Positions 27,703 to 38,422 of a DNA stretch of 64,000 nucleotides are shown piece after piece. The stretch is from an uncultured archaeon. Lineage in GTDB: Archaea > Asgardarchaeota > Lokiarchaeia > Sigyniarchaeales > SOKP01. Numbering within the stretch: position 1 is the stretch's first letter; each line of letters begins with the position of its first letter. The notes under the pieces are model-generated. The model ran no database searches and had not been told where the DNA came from. It was given only the letters and a program-made list of their open reading frames with translations. The stretch lies in NCBI GenBank assembly GCA_964583985.1, contig CAZOYD010000002.1, forward strand, positions 32,001 to 96,000. Direction: 5' to 3'. A program made the position numbers and the translations under genes.

Positions 27703-29508
27703 ATGCTAAATATTTGGATTTTAACATTTGAATTTGCGGGCGTTGCAAAATTTGGAGGATTGGGAGAAGTCCCCGCAAACCAAGCAAAACATCTTTCTGG
27801 TACTCATAATATAACTATTTTTATGCCCTCCCATGGACAAATTGATAGATTAAAAAATAAGTATGAGTGGATTAAATTACCAATTTCTTGCGAAGGAGAA
27901 ATTGATGGTTTAGAATTAGGATTAGACACACCAAAAATGGACTATCAAATATCTTTTTATCAATTTATGATCGGGAACTTGAGAATTATTTTATTAAGTG
28001 GTGAAAATCCTTTAAGTAATTTTTTTCTGGATGATCCGACAATATACAATCCTGATACAATAAAAGGAAAGATCTGTTTATGCTCACACGGAATGAGATG
28101 TATTTCGAATCATATTTTTAGAGAGCAATTGTCTAAGGATATTCCAGATGTGATTCATTTACATGATTATCACGTGGTATTGCCATTCATTGCTTTAAAA
28201 CAAGAATTTACAAAAAATCAGGTAGAAATCGCTTCAATTTTAACGATCCATTTATTAACTTGGCCTCGGTTTGGAATAGATTTTTATAGTACATGTGGTA
28301 TTGATTCGTCTCCAATTAAAATTCGAATGAAAAAAGGATATAAGTTATTGAAATTGGAGGATATTATAGCGTTATGTTATAATAATTTGAATTGGAATCG
28401 AGCGCGTGAACCTCCTACGGTAGAAAAAGTTGGAGCTATAACGTGTGACCTTGTCACGAGTGTAAGTCAGTCATATTTAAATACAGATATTATCCCCAAT
28501 TGCGGTGGTGATTTAATAGACTTTAAAGCTGATTTTATATGGGATGGATGTGATTGGGAGTATCAAGAGATCTTAGAATCTGTGATGGATAATATAAGTA
28601 ATGATTTACGCATCTTTTTAAATATGGACTCAACCGTTCCAATCTTGAAAAGTCACATTAAAAAGTATTTGTTGCAATATAAAATTGGAAATTTAAGCCA
28701 GAGTCCATTAATAAGTTCTAAAAAGGTATTAGAAACTATTAATGATATTTCAAATGGAAATCCATTCATTAAAAATGGGAATATTAAAGCATTTACGGAT
28801 TCTGGACCATTATTGTTGACTACTGGGAGAATTTCTCCCCAAAAAGGATTTGAAACTATTTTTAACTCGGTACCTCCAGTAGTTGAAAAAATTCCAGATG
28901 CAAAATTTCTATTTTTAATTTTGCCGACAGACTATAGTTTGCCTGAAATTAAAAGTTATGCCCAATACGTAAAAGAGTATCCGAATAATTTAAGAATCAT
29001 TTTTGGAGTCGCTTCTGATATTTTTTATTTAGCACATATCGCTGCTGATGTATATTGCTCACCCTCACGATGGGAACCGTTTGGCATCATGGCTCTTGAA
29101 GCAATGGCATCAAAACTACCTATTATAGCTACAAAAGTTGGTGGATTGCAAGAAACCATTGTAGATGTAAGAGATTTTCCATCAATCGGAACAGGCATTT
29201 TAATAGAGAAAGATAATCATACTCAATTAACTAACGCGATAATTTCCTTCTTTAAATCTGCAGAAATTGCTGAGAAAACTAATCAATTAAAAGCTAATAA
29301 TATTTTTAACCCTGATCTCCTTAAATTAGCTAATGAAATTCCCGATGAAATAATAAAATCGAGAGTTTTGGTTGATCCAAGTTTTTATGATAAAATCAGA
29401 GAAAATTGTTATAAAAGAGTAAAGAATAACTTTACTTGGGAAAAAGTCTCTAAAAAACTAAAATTATTGTATGATTTCTTAGCAGAGCAGAAGTTTGATT
29501 TGTTATAA
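27703..29508 (+). CDS. glgA: Glycogen synthase (GT5-like)
   Basis: KFGGLG, HLHDYH, GRISPQKG, PSRWEPFG, VGGLQETI. Confidence 0.87.
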   Translation: MLNIWILTFEFAGVAKFGGLGEVPANQAKHLSGTHNITIFMPSHGQIDRLKNKYEWIKLPISCEGEIDGLELGLDTPKMDYQISFYQFMIGNLRIILLSGENPLSNFFLDDPTIYNPDTIKGKICLCSHGMRCISNHIFREQLSKDIPDVIHLHDYHVVLPFIALKQEFTKNQVEIASILTIHLLTWPRFGIDFYSTCGIDSSPIKIRMKKGYKLLKLEDIIALCYNNLNWNRAREPPTVEKVGAITCDLVTSVSQSYLNTDIIPNCGGDLIDFKADFIWDGCDWEYQEILESVMDNISNDLRIFLNMDSTVPILKSHIKKYLLQYKIGNLSQSPLISSKKVLETINDISNGNPFIKNGNIKAFTDSGPLLLTTGRISPQKGFETIFNSVPPVVEKIPDAKFLFLILPTDYSLPEIKSYAQYVKEYPNNLRIIFGVASDIFYLAHIAADVYCSPSRWEPFGIMALEAMASKLPIIATKVGGLQETIVDVRDFPSIGTGILIEKDNHTQLTNAIISFFKSAEIAEKTNQLKANNIFNPDLLKLANEIPDEIIKSRVLVDPSFYDKIRENCYKRVKNNFTWEKVSKKLKLLYDFLAEQKFDLL

Positions 29509-29513
29509 AGGAA

Positions 29514-31493
29514 TTATAAGTTCCAGAAGGGATATAATACATTACTGATTGCATTTGCTTCATCAGGTATAATCTGGAGCCCATTCCTCGCCCATTCTGA
29601 TATCCAATTTGATTTCTGCTTAAATCTTGAATCCATGAAAATGATTGCTCCCTTATCTTTAATTTTTCTGATTGGTCTTCCAGAGGCTTGATTTGCACGT
29701 TGTATAGCAGGAAAAAGATAGGCAAAATCCCATCCTCTTCCATTAAAGGCAACATCATAATAGGCAATTTTAGCTTTAACTCGTGGAGTTGGAAGATGAT
29801 AAGGAAATCCTGCAATGATCACTGAATTCATATAGTTTCCAGGATAATCTTCTCCTTCTGAGTTCCTTCCTCCACACACTCCAAGTAAAATAGCGCCATT
29901 ATTGGGGGAAGATCCCAAAGATTTAAAATCATTAACCATCAAAGCATTTTCAGAAGCAGATAATCCGGGTTCTTCAATAAATAATTTTTTATTATATTTT
30001 CGGGCCAAATAGGAAATACCAGATGTATGTAATGAATTAAGTATCTTATATGAAGCGCAAAAAATTCCAACATTTGCAGGTGTAGAATAAATCACTTCTT
30101 CTATTTTAAGAATCATTTTTTTATACATCTCAGAATTTCTATTTCCCCCTCGAGTATCAACACCTTCAGTAATAAGAACTTTAATATTTTCCTTATTAAA
30201 AGGGGAACCACCATTAATTTCTTCATAATCCTTACCACTTTGTTTTAATCCCATTATATTATGATATACATTAGGGTTCACAGTACCAGAGAGGTTCAGA
30301 CTTGTGTAAACTTCCTTCAAAACAGGAATCACCATCTCTCTTGGATCTAAAGCGACTATCTCAAGTGAAATGGTTTGATGCTTTTTAGAATCGATTACGT
30401 TGTAACAGAAAAAGTAATTATCTAAAAAATAGCTATTAATCCATTTTAACCAAAAATCTGCGAATGATCCAACATTATCTCTAGAGATTTCTCCATTTGC
30501 TATCCTTTCTTCATGAATAGATACACTAAAATTATGAATTTCTTCAATAAAATTTTTAAATTCTGTAAGAGATTGTAATTGCAATCGTTTAATAATTTGA
30601 TTTAAGAAACCTTCTGGATTAATCTCCTCTTCAGAATTCTGAATATTTCCTTTTCTTTTATTCAAATGAGATGCCAGTAATTCCACAAATTCTTGCATAA
30701 GTAGAGGTGAACGATACATTTCTAGATCTCTCAAGCATAAATTTAAAGAATATGGTGTTAATCTTTTAGAATTAATCTCTGTCGCTATATCTATTAAATT
30801 ATGGCATTCATCAATGACCAATATACAATCTTGAAGATCCTTTTCAATAAAAGCCAAGAAGTTTTCTCGGATGTGAGGATTAAAGATCCATTGATAATTA
30901 CATATTATGAGTTGCATCTTGTTTAAAAGAAATTTACTTAGAAAGTATGGACACATGTGTTTATCTTTACATATATTGATTAAATCTTCTGCATCGATTG
31001 GTTTTTCTAATATTTCAGGATCGATGAGAATGGTATTGTCACGTTCATCTCTCATTTTAATTAAATTAAGGTAATATTTACAATTTCTATTTTTCCTCAG
31101 ATCACTACACAATGACATTGATTCTTTTGGACCTAATTTTAATTTTAGCAACATCTCATTTAAACACATTTCATTCCTTCCCCGAATTGAGATCCCACTC
31201 ACTTTATGGTTAAGATCCTTTTCTTTACGAAACTTTGAAATTCTGGTCAATTCTTTAATGATTCGAGTATTTTGAGCGTGAGTCCTACAAGTGTATATGA
31301 TTTTAAGATTTTTATCGTAGGCTAAAGGTAATAGCGCACTTAATGCCATTATTGTTTTACCACTTCCGTTTGGGGCAACCAAGAGAGTATTTTTACCTTC
31401 TATCGATGATTTTTCTATTTTTTTGATGATACTTTCTTGTTCTTGCCTAAAATTTTTGTATGGAAAGAAATCAAGGTATTTCATATTATACAC
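29514..31493 (-). CDS. xpd: XPD/Rad3-family Fe-S DNA helicase
   Basis: APNGSGKT, RTHAQ, four Fe-S Cys, DECHN, SGT, SEGEDY, QASGRPIR, DSRF. Confidence 0.9.
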   Translation of the reverse strand: MYNMKYLDFFPYKNFRQEQESIIKKIEKSSIEGKNTLLVAPNGSGKTIMALSALLPLAYDKNLKIIYTCRTHAQNTRIIKELTRISKFRKEKDLNHKVSGISIRGRNEMCLNEMLLKLKLGPKESMSLCSDLRKNRNCKYYLNLIKMRDERDNTILIDPEILEKPIDAEDLINICKDKHMCPYFLSKFLLNKMQLIICNYQWIFNPHIRENFLAFIEKDLQDCILVIDECHNLIDIATEINSKRLTPYSLNLCLRDLEMYRSPLLMQEFVELLASHLNKRKGNIQNSEEEINPEGFLNQIIKRLQLQSLTEFKNFIEEIHNFSVSIHEERIANGEISRDNVGSFADFWLKWINSYFLDNYFFCYNVIDSKKHQTISLEIVALDPREMVIPVLKEVYTSLNLSGTVNPNVYHNIMGLKQSGKDYEEINGGSPFNKENIKVLITEGVDTRGGNRNSEMYKKMILKIEEVIYSTPANVGIFCASYKILNSLHTSGISYLARKYNKKLFIEEPGLSASENALMVNDFKSLGSSPNNGAILLGVCGGRNSEGEDYPGNYMNSVIIAGFPYHLPTPRVKAKIAYYDVAFNGRGWDFAYLFPAIQRANQASGRPIRKIKDKGAIIFMDSRFKQKSNWISEWARNGLQIIPDEANAISNVLYPFWNL

Positions 31494-31589
31494 TTTGGTA
31501 TAGTGGCGCGTGATATTAAGATTTTTTCTATAGTTTATATTAGCAAAGAGTATAAAAGTTTAATTATTAAGAAAATTTACATAGAAATT

Positions 31590-32468
31590 ATGAAGGAAAA
31601 TAATACGAATGACGAATATCTAACCCTAAAAGATATTTTGAATGAAAATTTGCTTCGAGACTTAATCATATTTATAGTATTGTATTTATTTGTCCTCATT
31701 CAATCATGGAATGATCTATTTTTACTTATATTTCCAATAATTACTTACATTTTCTCAATAACCTTCAGAATTATAAATACGAATAAATGGCGAATATATT
31801 TCGGGAATGGAACGATAATTTATAACCCTTTAGGATCTGAAAAAAGAATTGCAGATAGATTATACTTCTCCTCAATCTTATTACTAATCATGCTCTTTTG
31901 GATTGGCTCAGAATCACTATCCCATCCACAGTTAATAGATAATTATAATTTATATTTTAATATTTTATTCATATTAATTTACACTTTTGGGTTTTATTGG
32001 AGTCTAATTGACATATGTAAAAATGCAAAAATCGAAATTCTCAGTAAAGAAATGCAAGATCAAGAGATAAATAAAGTACTTTCATCTCTTGGGAGAGAAG
32101 GATCTATTCAATTCTTTATACTTAACTTGATAGTCTTTCTAACCTTAAACATTATCAATATTTTAGTGGCAGTTCTTATTAAGTTCAATCTAATGACCAC
32201 TATTCCTTATAATCTCCCTGGTACGAGCATTGGAGGATCTTTTCCTCTTGAGATTTCTATTTTTTATTTAATATTTATGATCATATCTCCTTGTTTGACA
32301 GTTATAATTCTTATCTTAATACATCATCACATCCAAGATTTTAATATTGATCTCCTTAATGAAACAATTCAATCTCTTCCTGAGAGTAGAAGAAATGAGA
32401 TGTTGCAAAATCTTTCCCACATCAATAAAAAAATAATAGCTTCAATCAACAGCAATAAAGATTTATAA
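31590..32468 (+). CDS. Hypothetical polytopic membrane protein (likely start ATG 31590; track ORF 31437 overlaps xpd)
   Basis: About 6 hydrophobic segments; same strand as, and ~50 bp upstream of, the Rab-like gene. Confidence 0.7.
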   Translation: MKENNTNDEYLTLKDILNENLLRDLIIFIVLYLFVLIQSWNDLFLLIFPIITYIFSITFRIINTNKWRIYFGNGTIIYNPLGSEKRIADRLYFSSILLLIMLFWIGSESLSHPQLIDNYNLYFNILFILIYTFGFYWSLIDICKNAKIEILSKEMQDQEINKVLSSLGREGSIQFFILNLIVFLTLNIINILVAVLIKFNLMTTIPYNLPGTSIGGSFPLEISIFYLIFMIISPCLTVIILILIHHHIQDFNIDLLNETIQSLPESRRNEMLQNLSHINKKIIASINSNKDL

Positions 32469-32519
32469 AAATCTAATATATTATTTATATTAATCAAAGG
32501 TATAGCTTGAATTGCACTA

Positions 32520-33050
32520 ATGAACCAATCAAAAAAATTTTTGTTTAAAATTGTAGTTGTAGGAGACGGTGGCATTGGAAAAAGCACAATGATACAACGT
32601 TTGATTACTGGAAAATACATTGAACAGAAAATAACAATTGGGACAGATTTGGCGAGTTGGGGCATAAATTTAAATGATTTGACTGTAAAACTTCAAATTT
32701 GGGACTTTGCTGGGGAAAAACGCTTCCGTTTCTTTTTACCAAACTATTCCAGAGGTTCAGATGGCTGTTTACTCTGTTATGATATCACAAGATATTCAAG
32801 TTTTCAAAATCTTCCCGAATGGTACAATATTATTAAGAACAATGCTTCCAATCCCGGATTTATACTCGTTGGTGGAAAGCTCGATTTAGCGGATTCAAAA
32901 AGAACTGTTCAATTAGAAGATGCAGAAGAGTTCCAAAAGCGGTATAATATCCCATATCATTTTGAGACATCGAGTAAATCTGGTTATAAGATAAAAGATA
33001 TATTTGAAACTATAACCGAGCTTATCTTAAAAAAAAGAAATATAATATAA
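32520..33050 (+). CDS. Rab-like small GTPase
   Basis: GDGGIGKST, ITIGTD, WDFAGEKRFR, GKLD, ETSSK. Confidence 0.92.
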   Translation: MNQSKKFLFKIVVVGDGGIGKSTMIQRLITGKYIEQKITIGTDLASWGINLNDLTVKLQIWDFAGEKRFRFFLPNYSRGSDGCLLCYDITRYSSFQNLPEWYNIIKNNASNPGFILVGGKLDLADSKRTVQLEDAEEFQKRYNIPYHFETSSKSGYKIKDIFETITELILKKRNII

Positions 33051-33064
33051 AAAGAGAGAATAAA

Positions 33065-34006
33065 TTAATCTAGTAAATCTTTTAATTCATCAATATTCAT
33101 TTCTAAATATTTCGCTTTAATGTTGTCTTTTCCAATGAGAGTCTTGAAGTTCTTCTTTCTCTTCTTGTCAATAAAATTCTTCATTCCACTTAAATCAGGT
33201 TCTTTAACCGTAATCTCTAAATATTTTTGCTTTAAAGCGTGATCTATGACTTTTTGACCAACATCTGTTCTGATGATTAAGAATGCTTCATCACTTCCTT
33301 TAGGAGCGCCCCATGGACTAAATGAAATATCTGAAAATTCTCCAGAAAAATCGGTACAATATTTACATCCACTCATTCCACCAGAAGAACAAGCAAAAGC
33401 GATTCTTAATGATGTTCGTTCAGCACCAGTATTAAAGTCTGAAACAAGGATTTTAGCTAAACCCTGTAGATGACAAGGGTTACATAAAATGCCTATTTCT
33501 TTCTTCTTATCCATGTATGCTTTTCCAATACCAGTTATTAATGGTCCAGCATTATCCATAGTTTTTTTAGGAATGTATTTTTTTGCATCTTTTGCATTAT
33601 CCACTACAACGGGGAATGCCACTGGAGGTTTTGTACTTTGTGGTTCACTTAATACGAAATGCTTTACTACACCTGTTTCAAAAGCAGCACGAACGAGATT
33701 GTATAGAATATCATCCTTATTTTTTGATTTTATTTGTATTATATCTTTATAGACTCCAATAGCTAAATCAATTCGCTTTTGTCCAAATAATTTTTCTTCA
33801 ATCTCAGATATTGGAAGAAAACTTCTTGGGCAAGCATTATAACATAAGCCTACAGTCTCAGCGCATTCATCAATGACATAAGCTTCTCCTGTTTTTTCAT
33901 TGAAATCCATATGAGGACAAAATGCATTACAGCTTCCACAATGAATGCATAAATCAGCGTATATTACTTCATTTTCAAGATCTTGACTGGATTTTTCTAT
34001 TTTCAT
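33065..34006 (-). CDS. FrhB/FdhB-like (F420 oxidoreductase beta-subunit family) protein with N-terminal ferredoxin; shortened
   Basis: CIHCGSCNAFCP, CYNACPR, NPCH, GCKYCTDFSGEFSDIS, IIRTDVG. Confidence 0.8.
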   Translation of the reverse strand: MKIEKSSQDLENEVIYADLCIHCGSCNAFCPHMDFNEKTGEAYVIDECAETVGLCYNACPRSFLPISEIEEKLFGQKRIDLAIGVYKDIIQIKSKNKDDILYNLVRAAFETGVVKHFVLSEPQSTKPPVAFPVVVDNAKDAKKYIPKKTMDNAGPLITGIGKAYMDKKKEIGILCNPCHLQGLAKILVSDFNTGAERTSLRIAFACSSGGMSGCKYCTDFSGEFSDISFSPWGAPKGSDEAFLIIRTDVGQKVIDHALKQKYLEITVKEPDLSGMKNFIDKKRKKNFKTLIGKDNIKAKYLEMNIDELKDLLD

Positions 34007-34161
34007 ACGATTTGTTCACTTTCTCTTAAAATATATTTATAAAAGGGTAAAAATAATTAATTGATAAAATATATTATGAAATATAAAGGTGTAGATCTTT
34101 AGTGTGAAAATTCACACTCCCTAAAAAACCTTTAAATCACCTTTATTCTATAATCTTAATA

Positions 34162-34731
34162 ATGATGGTTGATAAAATTTTCTTTTATTTTACATTTTCT
34201 AGTCCATTTGGGAAAATAACCATTATATGGAAAGAGATGAATCTCCAAATAAAGCTACAACGCATATTTCTTAGTGATCCTGGAGCAAATTCTGAAGATA
34301 AAGCATTTAAAGAGTTTGAAAATTTTCTGTTAAAAGGAAAAGCATCCTTGATTTCAATATTAGTAGACAAAATCCAAAATTTTTTAGTGGGAAAAGATGT
34401 AGTTTTTGACTTAGGATTAGTTGATTTCAAGAGGTGCACTGAAATTCAGAAAAAAGTTCTTTTAGCAGAATATGGGATTCCAAGGGGATGGTTTAGTACA
34501 TATAAACGTATTGCAATAAAAATTGGGATATTAAATGGTGCTAGAGTTGTTGGAAATGCATTAGCAAGAAATCCATTCCCTATCATCATTCCTTGTCATA
34601 GAGCAGTAAAAACTAATGGTGAACTAGGAGGATTTCAGGGTGGAGTTAAAATGAAACAAACTTTATTACAAATGGAGGGAATCAAGTTTTCAGAAAGCGG
34701 AATTTTAAGTTCGAATAACTTGTATTATTGA
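34162..34731 (+). CDS. ogt: Methylated-DNA-protein-cysteine methyltransferase
   Basis: ARVVGNALARNP, IPCHRAV, GGF. Confidence 0.93.
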   Translation: MMVDKIFFYFTFSSPFGKITIIWKEMNLQIKLQRIFLSDPGANSEDKAFKEFENFLLKGKASLISILVDKIQNFLVGKDVVFDLGLVDFKRCTEIQKKVLLAEYGIPRGWFSTYKRIAIKIGILNGARVVGNALARNPFPIIIPCHRAVKTNGELGGFQGGVKMKQTLLQMEGIKFSESGILSSNNLYY

Positions 34732-34781
34732 GATTTAACAAAATTATTTAAAGAGTTTTTATTTTAAAATTAAGGAAGAAA

Positions 34782-35879
34782 ATGGATAATTTACCAAGAA
34801 ATATTACACTACATCTCACAGAAAATTGCAATTTACGCTGCAAGATGTGTTATTTTTGGGGAGATTCTGGTTGCTATTCAATTAAAAATTCTAAATCTCA
34901 ACCAAAAACCTTGGATTTCAATTTAGTTAAAACACTTATACGTGATTTAACACCTACAAAACCCTGGTATAGTTTATTTGGGGGAGAACCACTTTTATAT
35001 CCCCATTTTAAGGATTTAGTTAAGGAAATAAAAAAAGGTGGTTCATTCGTTGATACACCTACAAATGGTACACTAATTAGTAAAAATGCAGAAATGCTTG
35101 TTAGTGAAGGGTTTGATTCTATTAGAGTTTCACTTGATGGTCCCAAGAACGTAAATGATAAACAGCGCGGTATTGGGAGTTATGAAAGAGCGATAGCTGG
35201 AATCGAAATACTTTACGATGAAAAAAAAAGAAAACGATCAAAAACCCCTAATATAAGCATAATATATACCGTAACTCCTGCTAACTTCGATACCATTGAA
35301 GAATTTTTCCTACACGATTTAAACTTGGATTATATTGATTGGATCACTATCCAAATGCAAAATTTTCTTACTCAAGAAATGGGTGATTCTTATGCGAAGC
35401 TCTTGAAATCAGAATTTGGATTGGTTAGTGATTATTATTGGCAGAGTCTAGTTAGAAATATAGATGAATTTGATTCAATTGACATTTTTGAATTAACTGA
35501 ACAAGTAAATGTAGTACGGGAGATTTTGTCTGAGAAACAGAAAAATATACTCTTGTTACCTCCCACATTTTCACCTGAAAATTTGAAGGCATATCTAAAA
35601 GCAGATTGGAAGGGTATGCAAGATCAATTTACTACTTGTTACTCCCCTTTTGTGTCTGCAGATATAGTTGCCAATGGAGATGTTGCTCCGTGTCATATTT
35701 TTTATGATTTAGTAATGGGAAATTTGCATAAAAATTCAATTAGTGAAATATGGAATAGTCCACGATATATTAAATTTAAGAATATGATGAAACAACACCC
35801 ATTCATGCCAATATGTTCAGGTTGCTGTATTTTATATTTATCAGGAAAAAAAGCAAGGAAAAGAAAGGAAAAAACCTAA
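34782..35879 (+). CDS. Radical SAM protein with SPASM/twitch domain
   Basis: CNLRCKMC, GGEPLL, TNG, VSLDG; C-terminal CYSP...PCH...GNL...CSGCC. Confidence 0.88.
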   Translation: MDNLPRNITLHLTENCNLRCKMCYFWGDSGCYSIKNSKSQPKTLDFNLVKTLIRDLTPTKPWYSLFGGEPLLYPHFKDLVKEIKKGGSFVDTPTNGTLISKNAEMLVSEGFDSIRVSLDGPKNVNDKQRGIGSYERAIAGIEILYDEKKRKRSKTPNISIIYTVTPANFDTIEEFFLHDLNLDYIDWITIQMQNFLTQEMGDSYAKLLKSEFGLVSDYYWQSLVRNIDEFDSIDIFELTEQVNVVREILSEKQKNILLLPPTFSPENLKAYLKADWKGMQDQFTTCYSPFVSADIVANGDVAPCHIFYDLVMGNLHKNSISEIWNSPRYIKFKNMMKQHPFMPICSGCCILYLSGKKARKRKEKT

Positions 35880-36646
35880 TTATCTTTCTTAAGATATGAA
35901 TATTCTAAAACTGGATTCATTCCTATTTTTTTATATAAATTGAGAGCTTTCTGATTGTCTGCTTCGACTTGCAGCCATACTATTTTTACTCCTTTTTCAT
36001 AAGCCAATTCATGTAATAATCGATAAAGCATTGTGCTAGCTATACCCTTTCTTCGGTAATTAGGGTGAACCAATACATCTGCGATATATAAGTATGCATT
36101 TCTTACTAATACTCCCATCATTGATGCAATGACTACTCCATTAGATCTAACGATTTCAAATTTTTTATCAGGAATGTTAATTCTATTAGTTAAGATTGTA
36201 ATAACTTCTTGTTCCTGATTAGACCAATGAGTATAATCAGTAAGGAAATTAGCAAATTCTTTTTCTCTCTTGTCATAAAAACTATAATCATAGTTGGTTT
36301 CAATAAATGGAAAAGTTAAGTCCTGAATAGTTGAAATCATCACTTTTGTAGGAGTGATGACATGATATCCTCGCGAGACCAACAAGGATTTTAGAGTGTT
36401 AGTTTCGGGCCATTCATAAATCATAAATGATGGACTTAAATTCATTTTTTCATAGATTCGCTCCACTTCATCTATATCGTAATCTAAATCATTTCCCGTA
36501 TAACTTATTGGAATAACTGCGTTTGCTCTATCAGTTATGCCATCATTGAACCGAAGAATCCATCCGTTTAAAAAATAATAATCTTTTGCTGGCCAAGAAT
36601 TTAAAAAGATTTCTTGTATCATCATAACTTGCTCTATTGTATTCAT
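35876..36646 (-). CDS. GNAT-family acetyltransferase
   Basis: VHPNYRRKGIA acetyl-CoA motif, LQVEADNQKALNLY; N-terminal GWILR...RAN. Confidence 0.88.
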   Translation of the reverse strand: MNTIEQVMMIQEIFLNSWPAKDYYFLNGWILRFNDGITDRANAVIPISYTGNDLDYDIDEVERIYEKMNLSPSFMIYEWPETNTLKSLLVSRGYHVITPTKVMISTIQDLTFPFIETNYDYSFYDKREKEFANFLTDYTHWSNQEQEVITILTNRINIPDKKFEIVRSNGVVIASMMGVLVRNAYLYIADVLVHPNYRRKGIASTMLYRLLHELAYEKGVKIVWLQVEADNQKALNLYKKIGMNPVLEYSYLKKDN

Positions 36647-36692
36647 TTAAATCAATAAATAGAAGTAGAAATGAAATTTTAAATTTATTAAT

Positions 36693-36995
36693 TTATTCTG
36701 CACATCCATTCTTAGATGAATCATCGGAGAGAAACCGGGAACATGTATCTTCCAATTTTTTAATTACGTGTTCTCGATCTTTCCAAACTATCCATGCACT
36801 TCCAGATTTTTCAAAATGGAAACCATCATATTCATCTTTCATTTTGACCATGATTTTTTTAACAAAACTCCAAGATAATCCTGTTTTATCCACCACTTCA
36901 GCTATTGTAATAGGGTGATTGATATCAAGAACGTTATTAAGGAAATAGATAATCTTGTCTATTCCTGTTTTTGGAGCAGACTCAATTTCTGGCAT
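36693..36995 (-). CDS. Small winged-helix-turn-helix protein
   Basis: PITIAEVVDKTGLSWSFVKKIM followed by a beta hairpin. Confidence 0.65.
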   Translation of the reverse strand: MPEIESAPKTGIDKIIYFLNNVLDINHPITIAEVVDKTGLSWSFVKKIMVKMKDEYDGFHFEKSGSAWIVWKDREHVIKKLEDTCSRFLSDDSSKNGCAE

Positions 36996-37104
36996 TATTT
37001 ATCAAATTTAATTATATAAATAGGGGAATTTCTGTTTTAAATTTAATTTATCTAATTTATTAGATTAAAGTTAGTAATTATAATTTAATATTATAGAAAG
37101 TAAT

Positions 37105-38313
37105 TTATGTTTTCAATTGTATAAAAGTTCCAGTTGCCATCAATTTAGTTGGTTTAATATAGCTTATCCCTGATTCTTTCGAAAAAGCTTCTAACATTTC
37201 TACCCATTTTTTATAATTTCTTTTCCCTGCACTGAATGGACCAGGCATATCCATTCCAGCAAGCATTGTGTCATCAATAATTTTATAATTAGATACAATT
37301 CCTTCTTCTAAAAGTCGACATCCTTCATTTAGTTGAATTGCATAATACATTTCAAAATTTATTAAGTTAGCTTTTTGCATCGATTTTCTGATGATTTTAT
37401 CTCCGTTCCATTCATATAATCCACTTCCTGTTTTTTTACCTAATTTTCCTTCATCTACCAATTTCTGGAGCGTCTTACAAGGAGAAAATTCTGAAGATAG
37501 AGTGTTTGCAAAGTAAATTTGAACATTTCTTACTACATCTAAACCAAGAAAATCCCACTTTGCAAATGGACCCAAATTTGGGGGGTCAACTACATCATTA
37601 TCTAATAATTCATAAGATATCTCTTTTTCTGTTGCATAATCGAGCATCCAGCTTAAATAAAGACTTGATGCAATTGTTAGACGGTTAACAATAAAGCCTG
37701 GGCTCTCTTTATTGATTTTAGCTATATAACGCTTTCCTTTTAATGAAGGAAATTTTAAACTTACCTCATAGCTAATATCAAATGTTTCCTGACTCGTTTT
37801 AGAACCTTTAATTAATTCTATTAAGCGTAGTACCACAATAGGAGTGAAAAAATGCATACCAATTACTTTTTCTTCTCGTCCTGAAGTTGAAGCTATATCG
37901 GTAATGCTCATAGTGGAAGTATTTGTGGCAAAAATAGCATGTGCAGGTGCAATATTCCCGATTTTATGAAACAGTTGTTGTTTCAAATCCATCACTTCTG
38001 GAATCGCTTCCACAACAAAATCGGCATTTTGCACAGCTCTATTTAAATTAGATTCTTTTATTAAATGATTAAGAAGAATATCGGTCTTTTGATCTTCCTT
38101 TAACAGTCCTTTCCTTTCAAGTCGTCTCAATCCATTTTCAATATAGTTTGTTGCTTCTTTTATTACTTCTTCTTTAATGTCATTTATTATAACGTTTTCA
38201 AAACCCGCCATCAAAGCAACTTGAGCAATTTCCCGTCCCATAGTTCCCGCACCAATGACTACAAACGTTTTGATATTCCTAATATCTACCATATGTATTA
38301 ATTTTATACACAA
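37105..38313 (-). CDS. 3-hydroxyacyl-CoA dehydrogenase
   Basis: VIGAGTMG, EAIPE, TNTS, GMHFF, PGFIVNR, GKLGKKTGSG. Confidence 0.92.
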   Translation of the reverse strand: MCIKLIHMVDIRNIKTFVVIGAGTMGREIAQVALMAGFENVIINDIKEEVIKEATNYIENGLRRLERKGLLKEDQKTDILLNHLIKESNLNRAVQNADFVVEAIPEVMDLKQQLFHKIGNIAPAHAIFATNTSTMSITDIASTSGREEKVIGMHFFTPIVVLRLIELIKGSKTSQETFDISYEVSLKFPSLKGKRYIAKINKESPGFIVNRLTIASSLYLSWMLDYATEKEISYELLDNDVVDPPNLGPFAKWDFLGLDVVRNVQIYFANTLSSEFSPCKTLQKLVDEGKLGKKTGSGLYEWNGDKIIRKSMQKANLINFEMYYAIQLNEGCRLLEEGIVSNYKIIDDTMLAGMDMPGPFSAGKRNYKKWVEMLEAFSKESGISYIKPTKLMATGTFIQLKT

Positions 38314-38422
38314 ATTAAAAAGTTAATTTAAATTATTGAATCAGTTGACAAACTTATCAAAACCAAAGACTTCCTAACCGCTATCTCAATTTTAGTATAT
38401 AAAATCCATCATTATTTTACGA

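Noticed and set aside
34782-35879. Radical SAM as the missing QueE for queC/queD
   Set aside because: It is too long, carries a SPASM-type extension, lacks the QueE N-terminal QGEG and FxR motifs, and is ~17 kb away
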